Positions 28,492 to 38,083 of a stretch of 64,000 nt of DNA are shown here, piece by piece. The notes below the pieces were generated by a model that was not told the DNA's origin, made no database searches, and was given only the letters and a program-made list of their open reading frames with translations. Numbering within the stretch: the first letter of the stretch is position 1; every line of letters starts with the position of its first letter. The position numbers and the translations under genes are program-made. The DNA comes from an uncultured Bacteroidales bacterium (GTDB taxonomy: Bacteria > Bacteroidota > Bacteroidia > Bacteroidales > UBA7960): the NCBI GenBank assembly GCA_964453995.1, contig CAYVQC010000009.1, forward strand, positions 16,408 to 80,407, given 5' to 3'.

Positions 28492-30021
28492 CTACAAAGG
28501 AATATTTCCGTGTTTTTTGGCAGGAACTGTTTCCCGCTTATTCTCGGTCATTTCCAGTGCCTGGATAAGTTTCAGGCGTGTCTGACGGGGATAGATAATC
28601 TCATCGATATGCCCCGACTCTGCAGCTTTGTAGGGTGAGCAAAACTTGTCGCGGTATTCCTCGGTAGCTTTAACCTTTTCTTCATCGTTGAGTTTGTTGC
28701 GGTAAATAATATTTACAGCACCATCGGGGCCCATTACAGCAATTTCGGCTGTAGGATACGCGTAATTCACATCGGCTCCCAGGTGCTTGCTGGCCATCAC
28801 TACATATGCTCCTCCGTATGATTTGCGAGTGATAACGGTAATTTTGGGCACAGTGGCTTCGGCGTATGCATATAAAAGTTTTGCCCCATGCTTTATGATA
28901 CCGCCCAGTTCCTGGTCTACCCCCGGCAAAAAGCCAGGCACATCGCAGAAGGTGATGATGGGGATGTTAAAGGCATCGCAGAATCTAACGAACCGGGCCC
29001 CCTTAAGTGATGCGGCAATATCCAGAACACCGGCCAGCATTGCTGGTTGGTTGGCTACAATGCCTACGGGCTTGCCATTGAGACGGGCAAAACCCGTGAT
29101 AATGTTTTGGGCATAGTGCGGCTGTACCTCGAAAAAGTTGTAATCGTCAGCCACGGCGGTGATGATCTCCATCATGTCATAAGGCTTGTTGGGATCAGAG
29201 GGTACAAGCTCGCGCAGTTTCATCTCTTCGCGATGGGGAGAATCAGTGCAGGGTTTTACCGGGGGATCTTCCATGTTATTGGAAGGCAAATAGCTTATCA
29301 GCTCACGGATCATCATCATGGCCTGTTCATCATCATCGGCAGTGAAATGTGCCACACCACTTTTTGAGTTGTGGGTCATGGCTCCGCCGAGCTCTTCTTT
29401 GGTAACATCTTCGTGGGTAACAGTTTTGATCACATCAGGCCCGGTAACAAACATATAACTGGTTTTGCGTGTCATGAAGATGAAATCGGTAATGGCAGGA
29501 GAATATACTGCACCGCCGGCACAAGGGCCCAGGATGGCACTGATCTGGGGTACAACACCACTGGCGCGTACATTACGGATGAAGATGTCGCCATACCCGG
29601 CAAGACTTTCCACCCCTTCCTGTATGCGGGCACCCCCACTGTCGTTAAGACCGATGATGGGGGCTCCCATCTTAACAGCAAGGTCCATAATCTTGGTAAC
29701 TTTGTTGGCATTGGCACGGCTGAGGGAGCCGCCAAAGACAGTAAAATCCTGGGCAAATACATAGACCAACCTGCCGTCGATCTTGCCGTAACCTGTCACT
29801 ATTCCGTCACCGGGAATGGGCTCGGTATTAAAATCAGGATTTTTACTGGTGACAAACTTATCGATCTCAACAAAAGTATCAGGATCCAGCAGGTCCCTGA
29901 TACGCTCGCGGGCAATTTTTCGCCCCGATGCATGGATCTTGTCTATCTTTTCCTGTCCGCCGCCCATTTCGGCAGATTTGTGCATTTGGGTTAGCTTGTC
30001 GATTTTTTGTTTTGTATCCAT
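28492..30021 (-). CDS. Acyl-CoA carboxylase carboxyltransferase subunit (propionyl-CoA carboxylase beta / methylmalonyl-CoA decarboxylase alpha type)
   Basis: 509 aa. The N-terminus [27 protein letters not shown] and paired carboxyltransferase halves are typical of the PccB/MmdA family. Confidence 0.85.
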   Translation of the reverse strand: MDTKQKIDKLTQMHKSAEMGGGQEKIDKIHASGRKIARERIRDLLDPDTFVEIDKFVTSKNPDFNTEPIPGDGIVTGYGKIDGRLVYVFAQDFTVFGGSLSRANANKVTKIMDLAVKMGAPIIGLNDSGGARIQEGVESLAGYGDIFIRNVRASGVVPQISAILGPCAGGAVYSPAITDFIFMTRKTSYMFVTGPDVIKTVTHEDVTKEELGGAMTHNSKSGVAHFTADDDEQAMMMIRELISYLPSNNMEDPPVKPCTDSPHREEMKLRELVPSDPNKPYDMMEIITAVADDYNFFEVQPHYAQNIITGFARLNGKPVGIVANQPAMLAGVLDIAASLKGARFVRFCDAFNIPIITFCDVPGFLPGVDQELGGIIKHGAKLLYAYAEATVPKITVITRKSYGGAYVVMASKHLGADVNYAYPTAEIAVMGPDGAVNIIYRNKLNDEEKVKATEEYRDKFCSPYKAAESGHIDEIIYPRQTRLKLIQALEMTENKRETVPAKKHGNIPL

Positions 30022-30176
30022 TTTTCAAGTTTTTACTCCGAAGACAAAGAGACGCAGTGTTTATTTAAAGTTACCCTGGTTTCCTGTCTTTGATTAAAAG
30101 TTGTTCACAAATCTTTTGAATCCATCTTTTAAAGTGGCGTATTGAGATAATCTGATTTCTCCCTCTCAGCGGTTAC

Positions 30177-30686
30177 CTACTCAATCACCACCATTACTTT
30201 TTTGGCTTCCACGGTATCGCCCTCTTTTACCCTGATGTCTTTCACCACGCCCTCTTTTTTAGCTTTAAATTCGCTTTCCATTTTCATGGCCGAAAAAATT
30301 ACCAGTGTTTGTCCGGCCTCGATAGTATCTCCTATGTTTACGGGGATCTTCACTACTTTGCCCGGGATGGGTGCCACAACAGTATTTTCTGCATCATCAT
30401 CACCGCCTTTCATTCGAGCGGCCTGGTATTTGGATTCAGCATCAATAATCTCAGCCTCATATGACTTGTTGTAGGTGTTGATGGTGTATTTCTTTACATT
30501 TTCACCGGGGATCAATTCGATGTTATAAGAATTATGATCGTGGATCATAGAAAAAATGCCTGGGTTTACTTTTTCAAAGTCAAGGTTGTATTCTTTTTCA
30601 TCTACCCTGATCCTTACATGCGAGCCATCCCACTGGAGCAATTGTACTTTTGCGGTTCGGCCATTTACTTTCACTTCGTACGACAT
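30177..30686 (-). CDS. Biotin carboxyl carrier (biotin/lipoyl attachment domain) protein
   Basis: 169 aa with a C-terminal biotinylation motif SAMKMESE. It lies between the carboxyltransferase and biotin carboxylase genes. Confidence 0.8.
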   Translation of the reverse strand: MSYEVKVNGRTAKVQLLQWDGSHVRIRVDEKEYNLDFEKVNPGIFSMIHDHNSYNIELIPGENVKKYTINTYNKSYEAEIIDAESKYQAARMKGGDDDAENTVVAPIPGKVVKIPVNIGDTIEAGQTLVIFSAMKMESEFKAKKEGVVKDIRVKEGDTVEAKKVMVVIE

Positions 30687-30698
30687 AGTTTTTTCCTT

Positions 30699-32207
30699 TT
30701 AGAGTTTCAACACACTTCTGATTCTGCTATAGTCTTTCCAGTTGTTCTTCAGTGCGGTCATTTCTTTGGGTGAAGCTTTGCGAATGCGGTAATGGTATTC
30801 CAGGAATGCTGCAATAATCACCATATCTTCGCAGCCATCGTCGCAGGGCTGATGGTTCTTCATCAGGTGCTTCATATTTTCATCGATGAAATGGGTAGTG
30901 TAGTTTCCCTTGACAAAATCGGGTGCAGTCATTATGTTTTCAAGAAAAACCAGTGAATTTTTCACCCCTGCAATTTTAAACTCCTGCAGTGCTCTGATGG
31001 TACGTTCAATGGCATCGGCACGATCGCGACCCCATACGATGAGTTTGGCAATAAGCGGGTCGTAATAGATAGGAATTTCAAAACCTTCATAAATATATCC
31101 ATCCACTCTAACCCCTACGCCATAGGGAATGGTAATGTGAGTAACCTTTCCCGGGGCAGGCATAAAATTATTGGAAGCATCCTCAGCATATACCCGGCAT
31201 TCTATGGCATGTCCGTTTTGTTTGAGTTCTTCCTGTTTCAGGGTAAGTTGCTTGCCTGAAGCAATATTGATCTGTTCCTTTACCAGATCGACGCCTACCA
31301 CCCTTTCGGTAATGGGGTGTTCTACCTGCAGGCGGGTGTTCATTTCCAGGAAATAGTAATTGAGGCTGTTGTCAACGATAAACTCTATTGTGCCGGCCCC
31401 TTCGTAGTTTACGGCTTTTGCAGCTGCCACCGCGGCCTGGCCCATTTTTTCCCTTATTTCAGGAGTGAGGATGGGAGAGGGGGTTTCCTCGATAATCTTT
31501 TGATGGCGTCGTTGTACTGAGCATTCGCGTTCAAAAAGATGGATTACATTGCCATGCTGATCTGCCAGGATTTGAAACTCAATGTGATGAGGCGACTCAA
31601 TATATTTTTCAATATATACGGCATCATCGCCAAAGGCAGATTTGGCCTCAGAGCGCGCCGCCCTGACAGAGCTTTTGATATCTGCCTCTTTTTTTACTAG
31701 CCTCATGCCCTTGCCTCCACCCCCGGCCGATGCTTTCACCATTACTGGCAGGCCAACCTTCCTGACCGTCGCGATGGCTTCTGCTTCAGAAGAAATGGCG
31801 GATTCTGTTCCGGGAACTACCGGCACTCCTGCTGCGATCATGGTTTTTCGGGCAGTAATCTTGTCTCCCATTTGTGAAATGGCGTAGGGTTTAGGACCTA
31901 TGAATATAATTCCTGCGTCCTGGCATTTTTGCGAAAAGGTTGCATTCTCCGATAAAAACCCGTAACCCGGATGGATAGCATCAGCCTTGCTGGCTTTTGC
32001 AACCTCCAGGATTTTTTCCATGTGGAGATATGATTCTGCTGAGGGGGAGGGGCCTATGTGGTAGGCTTCGTCGGCATAGAGTACATGCATTGCTTTACGG
32101 TCGGCATCTGAATACACGGCAACCGTAATGATGCCCATCTCGCGGCACGATCGCATAATCCTTACTGCTATCTCGCCGCGGTTGGCAACCAAAACTTTTT
32201 TTATCAT
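30699..32207 (-). CDS. accC: Biotin carboxylase subunit (AccC-like)
   Basis: Contains MIKKVLVANRGEIAVRIMR, GGGGKGMR and EMNTRLQVEHPITE. The start was moved to the MIKK ATG at 32207, because the 45 upstream codons in the tracked ORF look like non-coding read-through. Confidence 0.85.
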   Translation of the reverse strand: MIKKVLVANRGEIAVRIMRSCREMGIITVAVYSDADRKAMHVLYADEAYHIGPSPSAESYLHMEKILEVAKASKADAIHPGYGFLSENATFSQKCQDAGIIFIGPKPYAISQMGDKITARKTMIAAGVPVVPGTESAISSEAEAIATVRKVGLPVMVKASAGGGGKGMRLVKKEADIKSSVRAARSEAKSAFGDDAVYIEKYIESPHHIEFQILADQHGNVIHLFERECSVQRRHQKIIEETPSPILTPEIREKMGQAAVAAAKAVNYEGAGTIEFIVDNSLNYYFLEMNTRLQVEHPITERVVGVDLVKEQINIASGKQLTLKQEELKQNGHAIECRVYAEDASNNFMPAPGKVTHITIPYGVGVRVDGYIYEGFEIPIYYDPLIAKLIVWGRDRADAIERTIRALQEFKIAGVKNSLVFLENIMTAPDFVKGNYTTHFIDENMKHLMKNHQPCDDGCEDMVIIAAFLEYHYRIRKASPKEMTALKNNWKDYSRIRSVLKL

Positions 32208-32457
32208 AGCCTGATTTTTTGGTTTTTTTCTTGAACCTTCCTGTAAATATAAAAAACATCGTCCAGAAAAAAGAGAAAAAAATGGGACTGGTTGATGTTT
32301 ATGTGTGTTTGGTATTGAATTTATAACTTCTTTAAATGACAAGTTCCGGTGTTTTGTTCGATTTCAGCATGACATTTTTTATGACATTTTGTCGCAAAAA
32401 GACTTTGGCAACTTCTTTGATATTAGCACGCATCTAAATAAATAGATATAACTTAGA

Positions 32458-32488
32458 TTGTAATCAACCCGGCTTTGTTTTAACTTTG
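32458..32488 (+). promoter_or_regulatory. Candidate Bacteroidota promoter upstream of the Trx-TrxR fusion gene
   Basis: TTG (32458-32460), a 20-nt spacer, then TAACTTTG (32481-32488). The ATG lies 33 nt downstream of the -7 box. Confidence 0.45.
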
Positions 32489-32520
32489 TAAAAAAAGCCT
32501 TATCGTAAAAAAGCACAGAT

Positions 32521-33798
32521 ATGTTAACAGAGATCAAACAACAAGATTTTGAAAAAGAATTGCAAGCACATGAAAACCTGGTGCTGGATTTTTATTCTAC
32601 CGAATGCCCCCCATGTGAAGCTTTGGCGCCCAAATTTGAGAGCCTTGCCAGCCATTATGGCGATGATATTCATTTCGCAAAGATGTTTCGCCAGGGCAAC
32701 CGCGAGCTGGCCGAAAAATTAGGTGTTAAATCCTCGCCTACTCTTATTTTTTTCAAAAACGGACAAGAAACCGGTGAGCGACTGATTGGAGGAATAAAGA
32801 AATCGGATATCGTAAAAAATCTTGATGCCCTGCTTCCTGAAGCAAGAGTAGCAGAAATAAAAAAGAATATAAAACCGGTAGTAACAAATACCGATGTAAT
32901 TGTGCTGGGGGCAGGTCCAGGGGGAATGGCCGCAGGAATTTACCTGGCGCAGGCAAAAATTGACACCATTCTGATAGACCAGGCACTACCCGGCGGACAG
33001 GTAACTACTACCCACCAGGTATCAAATTATCCAGGCTTTATTGAACCCCAAAAAGGATTTATGCTCTCTCACTATATGTCAGAACAGGCCAAGGCAGCCG
33101 GTGTTCAGTTCAAGGTGGCGGTAGATGTAAACAAGGTAGATCTTACCAAAAAGGAAGTAGTTATTGATGGGTATGAAACCATCAAAGCCAAAAAGATTAT
33201 TATTTCTACCGGTGCCTCACCCCGTTATCTGCACATTGACGGAGAAAAAGAATATTATGGAAAGGGAATATCCTACTGTGCCACCTGCGATGCCAAATAC
33301 TACCACGATAAAGAAGTAGTCATCATCGGAGGGGGGAATACAGCCGTGGAAGAATCGGAGTTTATTTCCAAATTTGCTTCAAAGATCACTATGGTTCAGC
33401 AATTGCCTCAACTTACGGCCAACAAGGCTGCCCAGGAACGGTGCTACGCTGATCCTAAAATTGATGTTTTGCTGGAGCATGAGCCCCGGGGATTTTATAA
33501 AAACGGCTCTGATAAGATGCTGGTAAAGATAGAGGATCTGAAAACCGGACAAGTTAAAGACCTTGAGACCGATGGTGTATTTGTTTTTGTGGGAATGAAG
33601 CCCAATACTGATTTTGTGAATGAAACCATTGAAACAGATGCCTGGGGCTACCTTAAGGTGGATGATGAAATGCGCACCAGTATTCCCGGTGTATATGCCG
33701 TTGGAGATGTTATCAGCAAAAAATACCGCCAGATTACCACGGCTGTTGGCGACGGTACCATAGCATCTATTGCCTGTGCCAAAGAGATCGATAACTAA
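32521..33798 (+). CDS. Thioredoxin-domain / thioredoxin-disulfide reductase fusion protein
   Basis: 425 aa. The N-terminal ~105 aa form a thioredoxin fold with a CPPC motif (nt 32605-32616). The remainder is a low-Mr TrxR with GAGPGGMAAG (FAD), the CATCD redox centre and GGGNTAVEE (NAD(P)H). Confidence 0.8.
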   Translation: MLTEIKQQDFEKELQAHENLVLDFYSTECPPCEALAPKFESLASHYGDDIHFAKMFRQGNRELAEKLGVKSSPTLIFFKNGQETGERLIGGIKKSDIVKNLDALLPEARVAEIKKNIKPVVTNTDVIVLGAGPGGMAAGIYLAQAKIDTILIDQALPGGQVTTTHQVSNYPGFIEPQKGFMLSHYMSEQAKAAGVQFKVAVDVNKVDLTKKEVVIDGYETIKAKKIIISTGASPRYLHIDGEKEYYGKGISYCATCDAKYYHDKEVVIIGGGNTAVEESEFISKFASKITMVQQLPQLTANKAAQERCYADPKIDVLLEHEPRGFYKNGSDKMLVKIEDLKTGQVKDLETDGVFVFVGMKPNTDFVNETIETDAWGYLKVDDEMRTSIPGVYAVGDVISKKYRQITTAVGDGTIASIACAKEIDN

Positions 33799-33815
33799 AC
33801 TGCGCTCTAAACAGC

Positions 33816-34289
33816 TTATTCGTTGTGGTAATTTTCGCCCCGCAGAATGGTAAAAGCCCGGTAAAGTTGTTCTGTAAAAAACAGCCGCACCATTTGGTGA
33901 GAAAAGGTCATTCGTGAAAGGGATATGGTGAAATTGGCTTTTTGCCTGAGTTCATTGCCAAACCCCCATGCCCCGCCTACCACAAAAGCCATTTCACGGG
34001 TACCGGCATTCATACGCTTTTGAAGGAATTCAGCAAACTCAACCGAGCTGAATTCCTTTCCTTTTTCATCCAGCAATACAATGCAGTCAGTCTTTTCTAG
34101 TTGCTTAAGCAGGATTTCACCTTCTTTTTGTTTTACCAGTTCAGGAGGCATTCCCGCAGTTTTTTTTATAGCCGGTAATTCTTTCACTTCAAAGGAAGTA
34201 TAATGGCGAAGTCGCTTCAGGTAAAGTTCGGTGCCCTGGCGCAGGTAGGCTTCTTCTGTTTTTCCTATGGTTAGCAGATTGATCTTCAT
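33816..34289 (-). CDS. rlmH: 23S rRNA (pseudouridine1915-N3)-methyltransferase
   Basis: 157 aa SPOUT protein with MKINLLTIGKT...LDEKGKEFSS...FVVGGAWGF...SLSRMTFSHQM, the typical RlmH length and motifs. Confidence 0.85.
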   Translation of the reverse strand: MKINLLTIGKTEEAYLRQGTELYLKRLRHYTSFEVKELPAIKKTAGMPPELVKQKEGEILLKQLEKTDCIVLLDEKGKEFSSVEFAEFLQKRMNAGTREMAFVVGGAWGFGNELRQKANFTISLSRMTFSHQMVRLFFTEQLYRAFTILRGENYHNE

Positions 34290-34466
34290 GAGCCGAAAAT
34301 AACGGTTTTATCGGTAAGTTAACGCAAAAAAAATGTACCTTTATCCCTCTCTACACCCAATCACAGAAAATATTTACAGGGAAGCGAAAAAATAACTACG
34401 ATTGGTTTGGTTTTTGAAAGAAAGGAATGATTTTGTTATGCAGTTGACAAAAAATTGATTTTCACC

Positions 34467-34883
34467 ATGAATAAAAAAATTTTCAGGATATTCACAGTCC
34501 TTTTGTTTCTTGGTTTTACTACACTGCTCATTGGCGCACCTGGACAAAATGGGGATGCAGCAAGGCAGGTAACAGAAGCACTGAACAAAGGCAATGCCCG
34601 CGATGTGGCACAACATTTCGGTTCCACGGTCGATTTGAAGCTTCCCGGTAACGAGGGAACCTACAGCCGAAACCAGGCTGAACTGATACTGAGGAATTTT
34701 TTCTCTGCGAATAGCGCAGGTTCTTTCTCGCTGCAGCACCAAGGGAAGCCATCTCGTGACGGGTCCGTTTATGTGATCGGAACCTACATAGCAAAAAATG
34801 GCACCTCTTTCCGTACCTATTTTCTTCTTAAAAAGATTTCAGATAAAATGGTGCTTCATTTGCTGCAAATGGAAGAGCAGTAA
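34467..34883 (+). CDS. Secreted hypothetical protein (possibly DUF4783)
   Basis: The signal peptide is MNKKIFRIFTVLLFLGFTTLLIGAPGQ. I prefer the ATG at 34467 over the tracked TTG at 34455. The family call rests on a vague recollection of an rlmH-adjacent DUF4783 in Bacteroidota. Confidence 0.5.
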   Translation: MNKKIFRIFTVLLFLGFTTLLIGAPGQNGDAARQVTEALNKGNARDVAQHFGSTVDLKLPGNEGTYSRNQAELILRNFFSANSAGSFSLQHQGKPSRDGSVYVIGTYIAKNGTSFRTYFLLKKISDKMVLHLLQMEEQ

Positions 34884-34920
34884 ATTTCTTCTCCCATCTT
34901 TAAAAGCTTTAAAAGAAAAA

Positions 34921-34957
34921 GGCTGATTTCTTGCGCAAAAGGAAGTCAGCCTTTTTT
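34921..34957 (+). terminator. Rho-independent terminator after the secreted hypothetical gene
   Basis: 10-bp stem GGCTGATTTC/GAAGTCAGCC with one G-U pair and an 11-nt loop, followed by T6. It is preceded by A5. Confidence 0.75.
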
Positions 34958-35263
34958 GCGAAAACGCATTTGCGGAAGGCAGAATGGGGTTTCTGGTAGT
35001 GCACGGGTTTTAATAATCGTCAGGTACAGCCCGTACCGATGCTCTTTTTCTCTCTGGTCAAATCCCAGGCGGCGTTTTATTTGGATATGCCCCAAAGATT
35101 GCCCTTTAAAGGAATACACAAAATAATTCGATGCATTGCAGAGGAAAGCTGGGGGCTTTTCATATTTAATGTGGATTGGAAATTTTGATTTTCTTTCTGT
35201 GTTTCGCAATAAACCGTATTTTTGACCTGCAAGAAAAACAAGGTTTAAACTTTCGGAGAAGCT

Positions 35264-37060
35264 ATGTTTACCTTAGAAATCATCATCGTACTGGTTGTGC
35301 TGGTGTTGGCATTAATCATGTTTGCCAGTGAAAAATTTTCTGTTGATGTAGTTGCCTTGCTCATCATGGCTATCCTCATCGTAACGGGTATTGTAAGCCC
35401 ACAGGAGGGGGTTGCGGGGTTTAGCAATTCGGCAACGGTTACGGTTGCAGCCATGTTTATTCTCAGCGCAGCATTGTTTAAATCGGGAGCTGTACTTGGG
35501 CTGGGGAATAAACTGGCAAGTCTTTTTCAGAAAAATTTCTGGTTGGCCATAATCGCCACTATGATGGCAGTGGGATTGGTGTCGGCCTTTATCAATAATA
35601 CACCGGTAGTGGCCATCTTCATTCCTATCATGGCAGGGGCCGCGGCTAAGTCAGGGCACAGCCTTGGCAAAATGCTCATGCCATTATCTTTTGCCTCTAT
35701 GTTTGGCGGACTGTGTACCCTTATCGGAACATCAACCAATATTCTCGTTAGTGGTATAGCGTCTGAGCATGATCTTGAGCCTTTTGCCATGTTTGAAATG
35801 ACAAAAATGGGACTTATTTTTTTTGGAGCGGGTCTTATTTATATGGTGGTTATTGGTATCAGACTTATACCCAAAAGGGGCAATGGGGAGGGTCTTGTGC
35901 AAAAGTTTGGTATGGGCGAATATCTTACCGAGATCGTATTAGGCGAAAATGCCGGGTCTGTAGGATTGAAAATAAAAGACAGTCCGCTTACCAAAAAACT
36001 TGATATCGATATCCTGGAAATAAACCGCAAAGGGCAGCGTTTTTTTATGCCGGGTGCACAGATGGTACTGGAAAAGGGGGATATCCTGAAAGTGCGATGC
36101 GACCTTGAAAAGATAAAAACACTGATGGAAAGAGAAGGGGTTCAGCTCAAAACCAGAGAAAAGTTTGCCGACCAGGATCTTGAAGATGATAATGTTGTTT
36201 TGGTGGAGGCCATTATTGCTCCCAACAGTGAGTTTGAAGGCAAAACGGTAAAGCAGATATCTTTCCGCCAGAAATACGGAGCTACGGTGCTTGCCATAAG
36301 ACACCGGGGAGAAATTATGCGCGATAAAGTTGCAACCACTGTACTCCGTTCCGGCGATACATTGCTTATTGAAGCTGAGCGGTCCAAGCTGGATATGCTT
36401 CGCGAATTGGAATTACACGGGCGAAATACGTTTTTGATTGTGAATGAGGTTGGTTTTGAAAAATTTAAAACCAACAAAATAATCTATGTGGTTGGCACTA
36501 TACTGGGTATTGTTGCCCTGGCAGCTTTCAATGTTATGCCCATCATGGTGGCAGCTCTCCTGGGTTGTTTGTTTCTTATCCTCACCAATTCTATTACCAT
36601 GGAAGAGGCATACCGTGCTATCGACTGGAAGGTGATCTTCCTGCTGGCAGGCGCCATGAGCCTGGGTATTGCCATGGACAATAGCGGTGCGGCCGTGTTA
36701 CTTTCAGGATTGCTCATTGAAGGTGCCGGTACCCTGGGACCCACTGCCGTTATTTCAATCCTTTACCTGATAACAGTAATCCTGACAAGTGTAATGAGCA
36801 ACAATGCCAGCGCTGTGCTTTTGGCACCCATTGCTATTGCCGGGGCCAATTCCATTGAGGTTGACCCCCGGCCATTCCTGATGGCCATTACCTTTGCTGC
36901 TTCTTCAAGCTTTATGACCCCCATTGGCTATCAGACCAATACAATGATTTATGGACCGGGAAGATACAAGTTTGCTGACTTTGTTAAAGTTGGTGCGCCG
37001 CTCAATCTTATTTTCTGGATTATTGCTACTTTTTTGATCCCGGTATTTTTTCCATTTTAA
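35264..37060 (+). CDS. SLC13/DASS-family anion permease with two central TrkA-C (RCK_C) domains
   Basis: 598 aa. Hydrophobic N- and C-terminal halves flank a soluble ~180-aa insert with two repeats (..GKTVKQISFRQKYGATVLAIRHRGE..). The C-terminal motif SNNASAVLLAPI is typical of DASS transporters. Confidence 0.7.
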   Translation: MFTLEIIIVLVVLVLALIMFASEKFSVDVVALLIMAILIVTGIVSPQEGVAGFSNSATVTVAAMFILSAALFKSGAVLGLGNKLASLFQKNFWLAIIATMMAVGLVSAFINNTPVVAIFIPIMAGAAAKSGHSLGKMLMPLSFASMFGGLCTLIGTSTNILVSGIASEHDLEPFAMFEMTKMGLIFFGAGLIYMVVIGIRLIPKRGNGEGLVQKFGMGEYLTEIVLGENAGSVGLKIKDSPLTKKLDIDILEINRKGQRFFMPGAQMVLEKGDILKVRCDLEKIKTLMEREGVQLKTREKFADQDLEDDNVVLVEAIIAPNSEFEGKTVKQISFRQKYGATVLAIRHRGEIMRDKVATTVLRSGDTLLIEAERSKLDMLRELELHGRNTFLIVNEVGFEKFKTNKIIYVVGTILGIVALAAFNVMPIMVAALLGCLFLILTNSITMEEAYRAIDWKVIFLLAGAMSLGIAMDNSGAAVLLSGLLIEGAGTLGPTAVISILYLITVILTSVMSNNASAVLLAPIAIAGANSIEVDPRPFLMAITFAASSSFMTPIGYQTNTMIYGPGRYKFADFVKVGAPLNLIFWIIATFLIPVFFPF

Positions 37061-37071
37061 TACTATTTGTT

Positions 37072-37977
37072 ATGATGGACTACCTGAAAAACATTTATGA
37101 ATCAATTAGGGGGCTCTTGAGATATCCTTTATTTCCCCTTGGCGAAACCGACGTCACCTTTTCTATTATTCTTTACCTGGTGTTTACCATTGGCCTGTTA
37201 TTTTTCCTCTCTGCCAAATTCAAAAACCTGTTGCAAAACAAAATCCTTCTTCGCTATAGCGTAGAACTTGGGGTAAGGCAGGCCATCAGCGCCATTGTCA
37301 GATATGTAATTCTCATCATAGGATTGATTGTGATCATCCAAACAGCCGGAATTGATCTTAGCTTCTTAACCGTTTTGGCAGGGGCCCTCGGGGTGGGTAT
37401 CGGCTTTGGCTTGCAAAGCGTTACCAATAATTTTGTGAGCGGGATTGTAATCCTGTTTGAGCGACCCATAAAGGTGGGCGACCGCATTGAACTTACCAAC
37501 CAGGCCGGAAAAACCATCAATGGTGATGTGGTGAGCATCTCCGGCAGAGCCACCACGGTGATTACCAACGACAATATTGCCATCATTGTACCAAATTCCA
37601 ACCTGGTTACCTCGGAGGTGATCAACTGGAGTTATAACGACCGCAGGGTGAGGTTTAATTTTTCTGTGGGGGTTCATTATAAGGAGGATCCGTTGTTCGT
37701 GAAGAAATTATTGCTCGAGGTGGCCGAAGAAAATGATGGTGTGCTCATCAATCCGGCACCCGACGTGCTCTTTGATGAGTTTGCCGACAGCTCACTTATT
37801 TTTATCCTGCGCATATGGACCTCAAAATACATCCAGAAGCCGGGCGTGCTAAAAAGCCAGCTTTTCTTTAGCATCCACCAGAAGTTTAAAGAAAACAACA
37901 TCGAGATACCCTATCCTCAAAGAGACCTGCATTTCAGGAGCGATTTCAGGGAGCAACAGCAAGGCAAAAACAGCTAG
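37072..37977 (+). CDS. Mechanosensitive ion channel (MscS family)
   Basis: 301 aa with three TM helices followed by GFGLQSVTNNFVSGIVILFERPIKVGDRIE, the MscS pore-helix/beta-domain signature. Confidence 0.8.
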   Translation: MMDYLKNIYESIRGLLRYPLFPLGETDVTFSIILYLVFTIGLLFFLSAKFKNLLQNKILLRYSVELGVRQAISAIVRYVILIIGLIVIIQTAGIDLSFLTVLAGALGVGIGFGLQSVTNNFVSGIVILFERPIKVGDRIELTNQAGKTINGDVVSISGRATTVITNDNIAIIVPNSNLVTSEVINWSYNDRRVRFNFSVGVHYKEDPLFVKKLLLEVAEENDGVLINPAPDVLFDEFADSSLIFILRIWTSKYIQKPGVLKSQLFFSIHQKFKENNIEIPYPQRDLHFRSDFREQQQGKNS

Positions 37978-38083
37978 ATTTATAACGCATAGATGCATTT
38001 TCGTGGGTTAATATTTTCATGCCGGCACTTCGCAATTTTTCGTAATTTGGCCGAATTTTAAAAGAAGTATAAAAACAGATAAC

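Noticed and set aside
32208-32342. 45-codon N-terminal extension of the biotin carboxylase ORF. Comparable extensions appear on the tracked ORFs for rplS, rsmG, the OMP, holB, trmD and the PEGA/FGE protein.
   Set aside because: In each case a conserved family N-terminus or signal peptide begins at an internal ATG. The upstream residues look like translated intergenic sequence. For holB, a promoter -7 box lies inside the extension.
34946-35209. 87-aa minus-strand ORF in the 380-bp gap upstream of the SLC13 transporter, considered as a possible gene remnant
   Set aside because: It has no recognisable motif. It overlaps the terminator of the upstream gene and has no plausible promoter. It remains part of an unexplained 300-bp leader or intergenic region, but there is not enough evidence for a feature.
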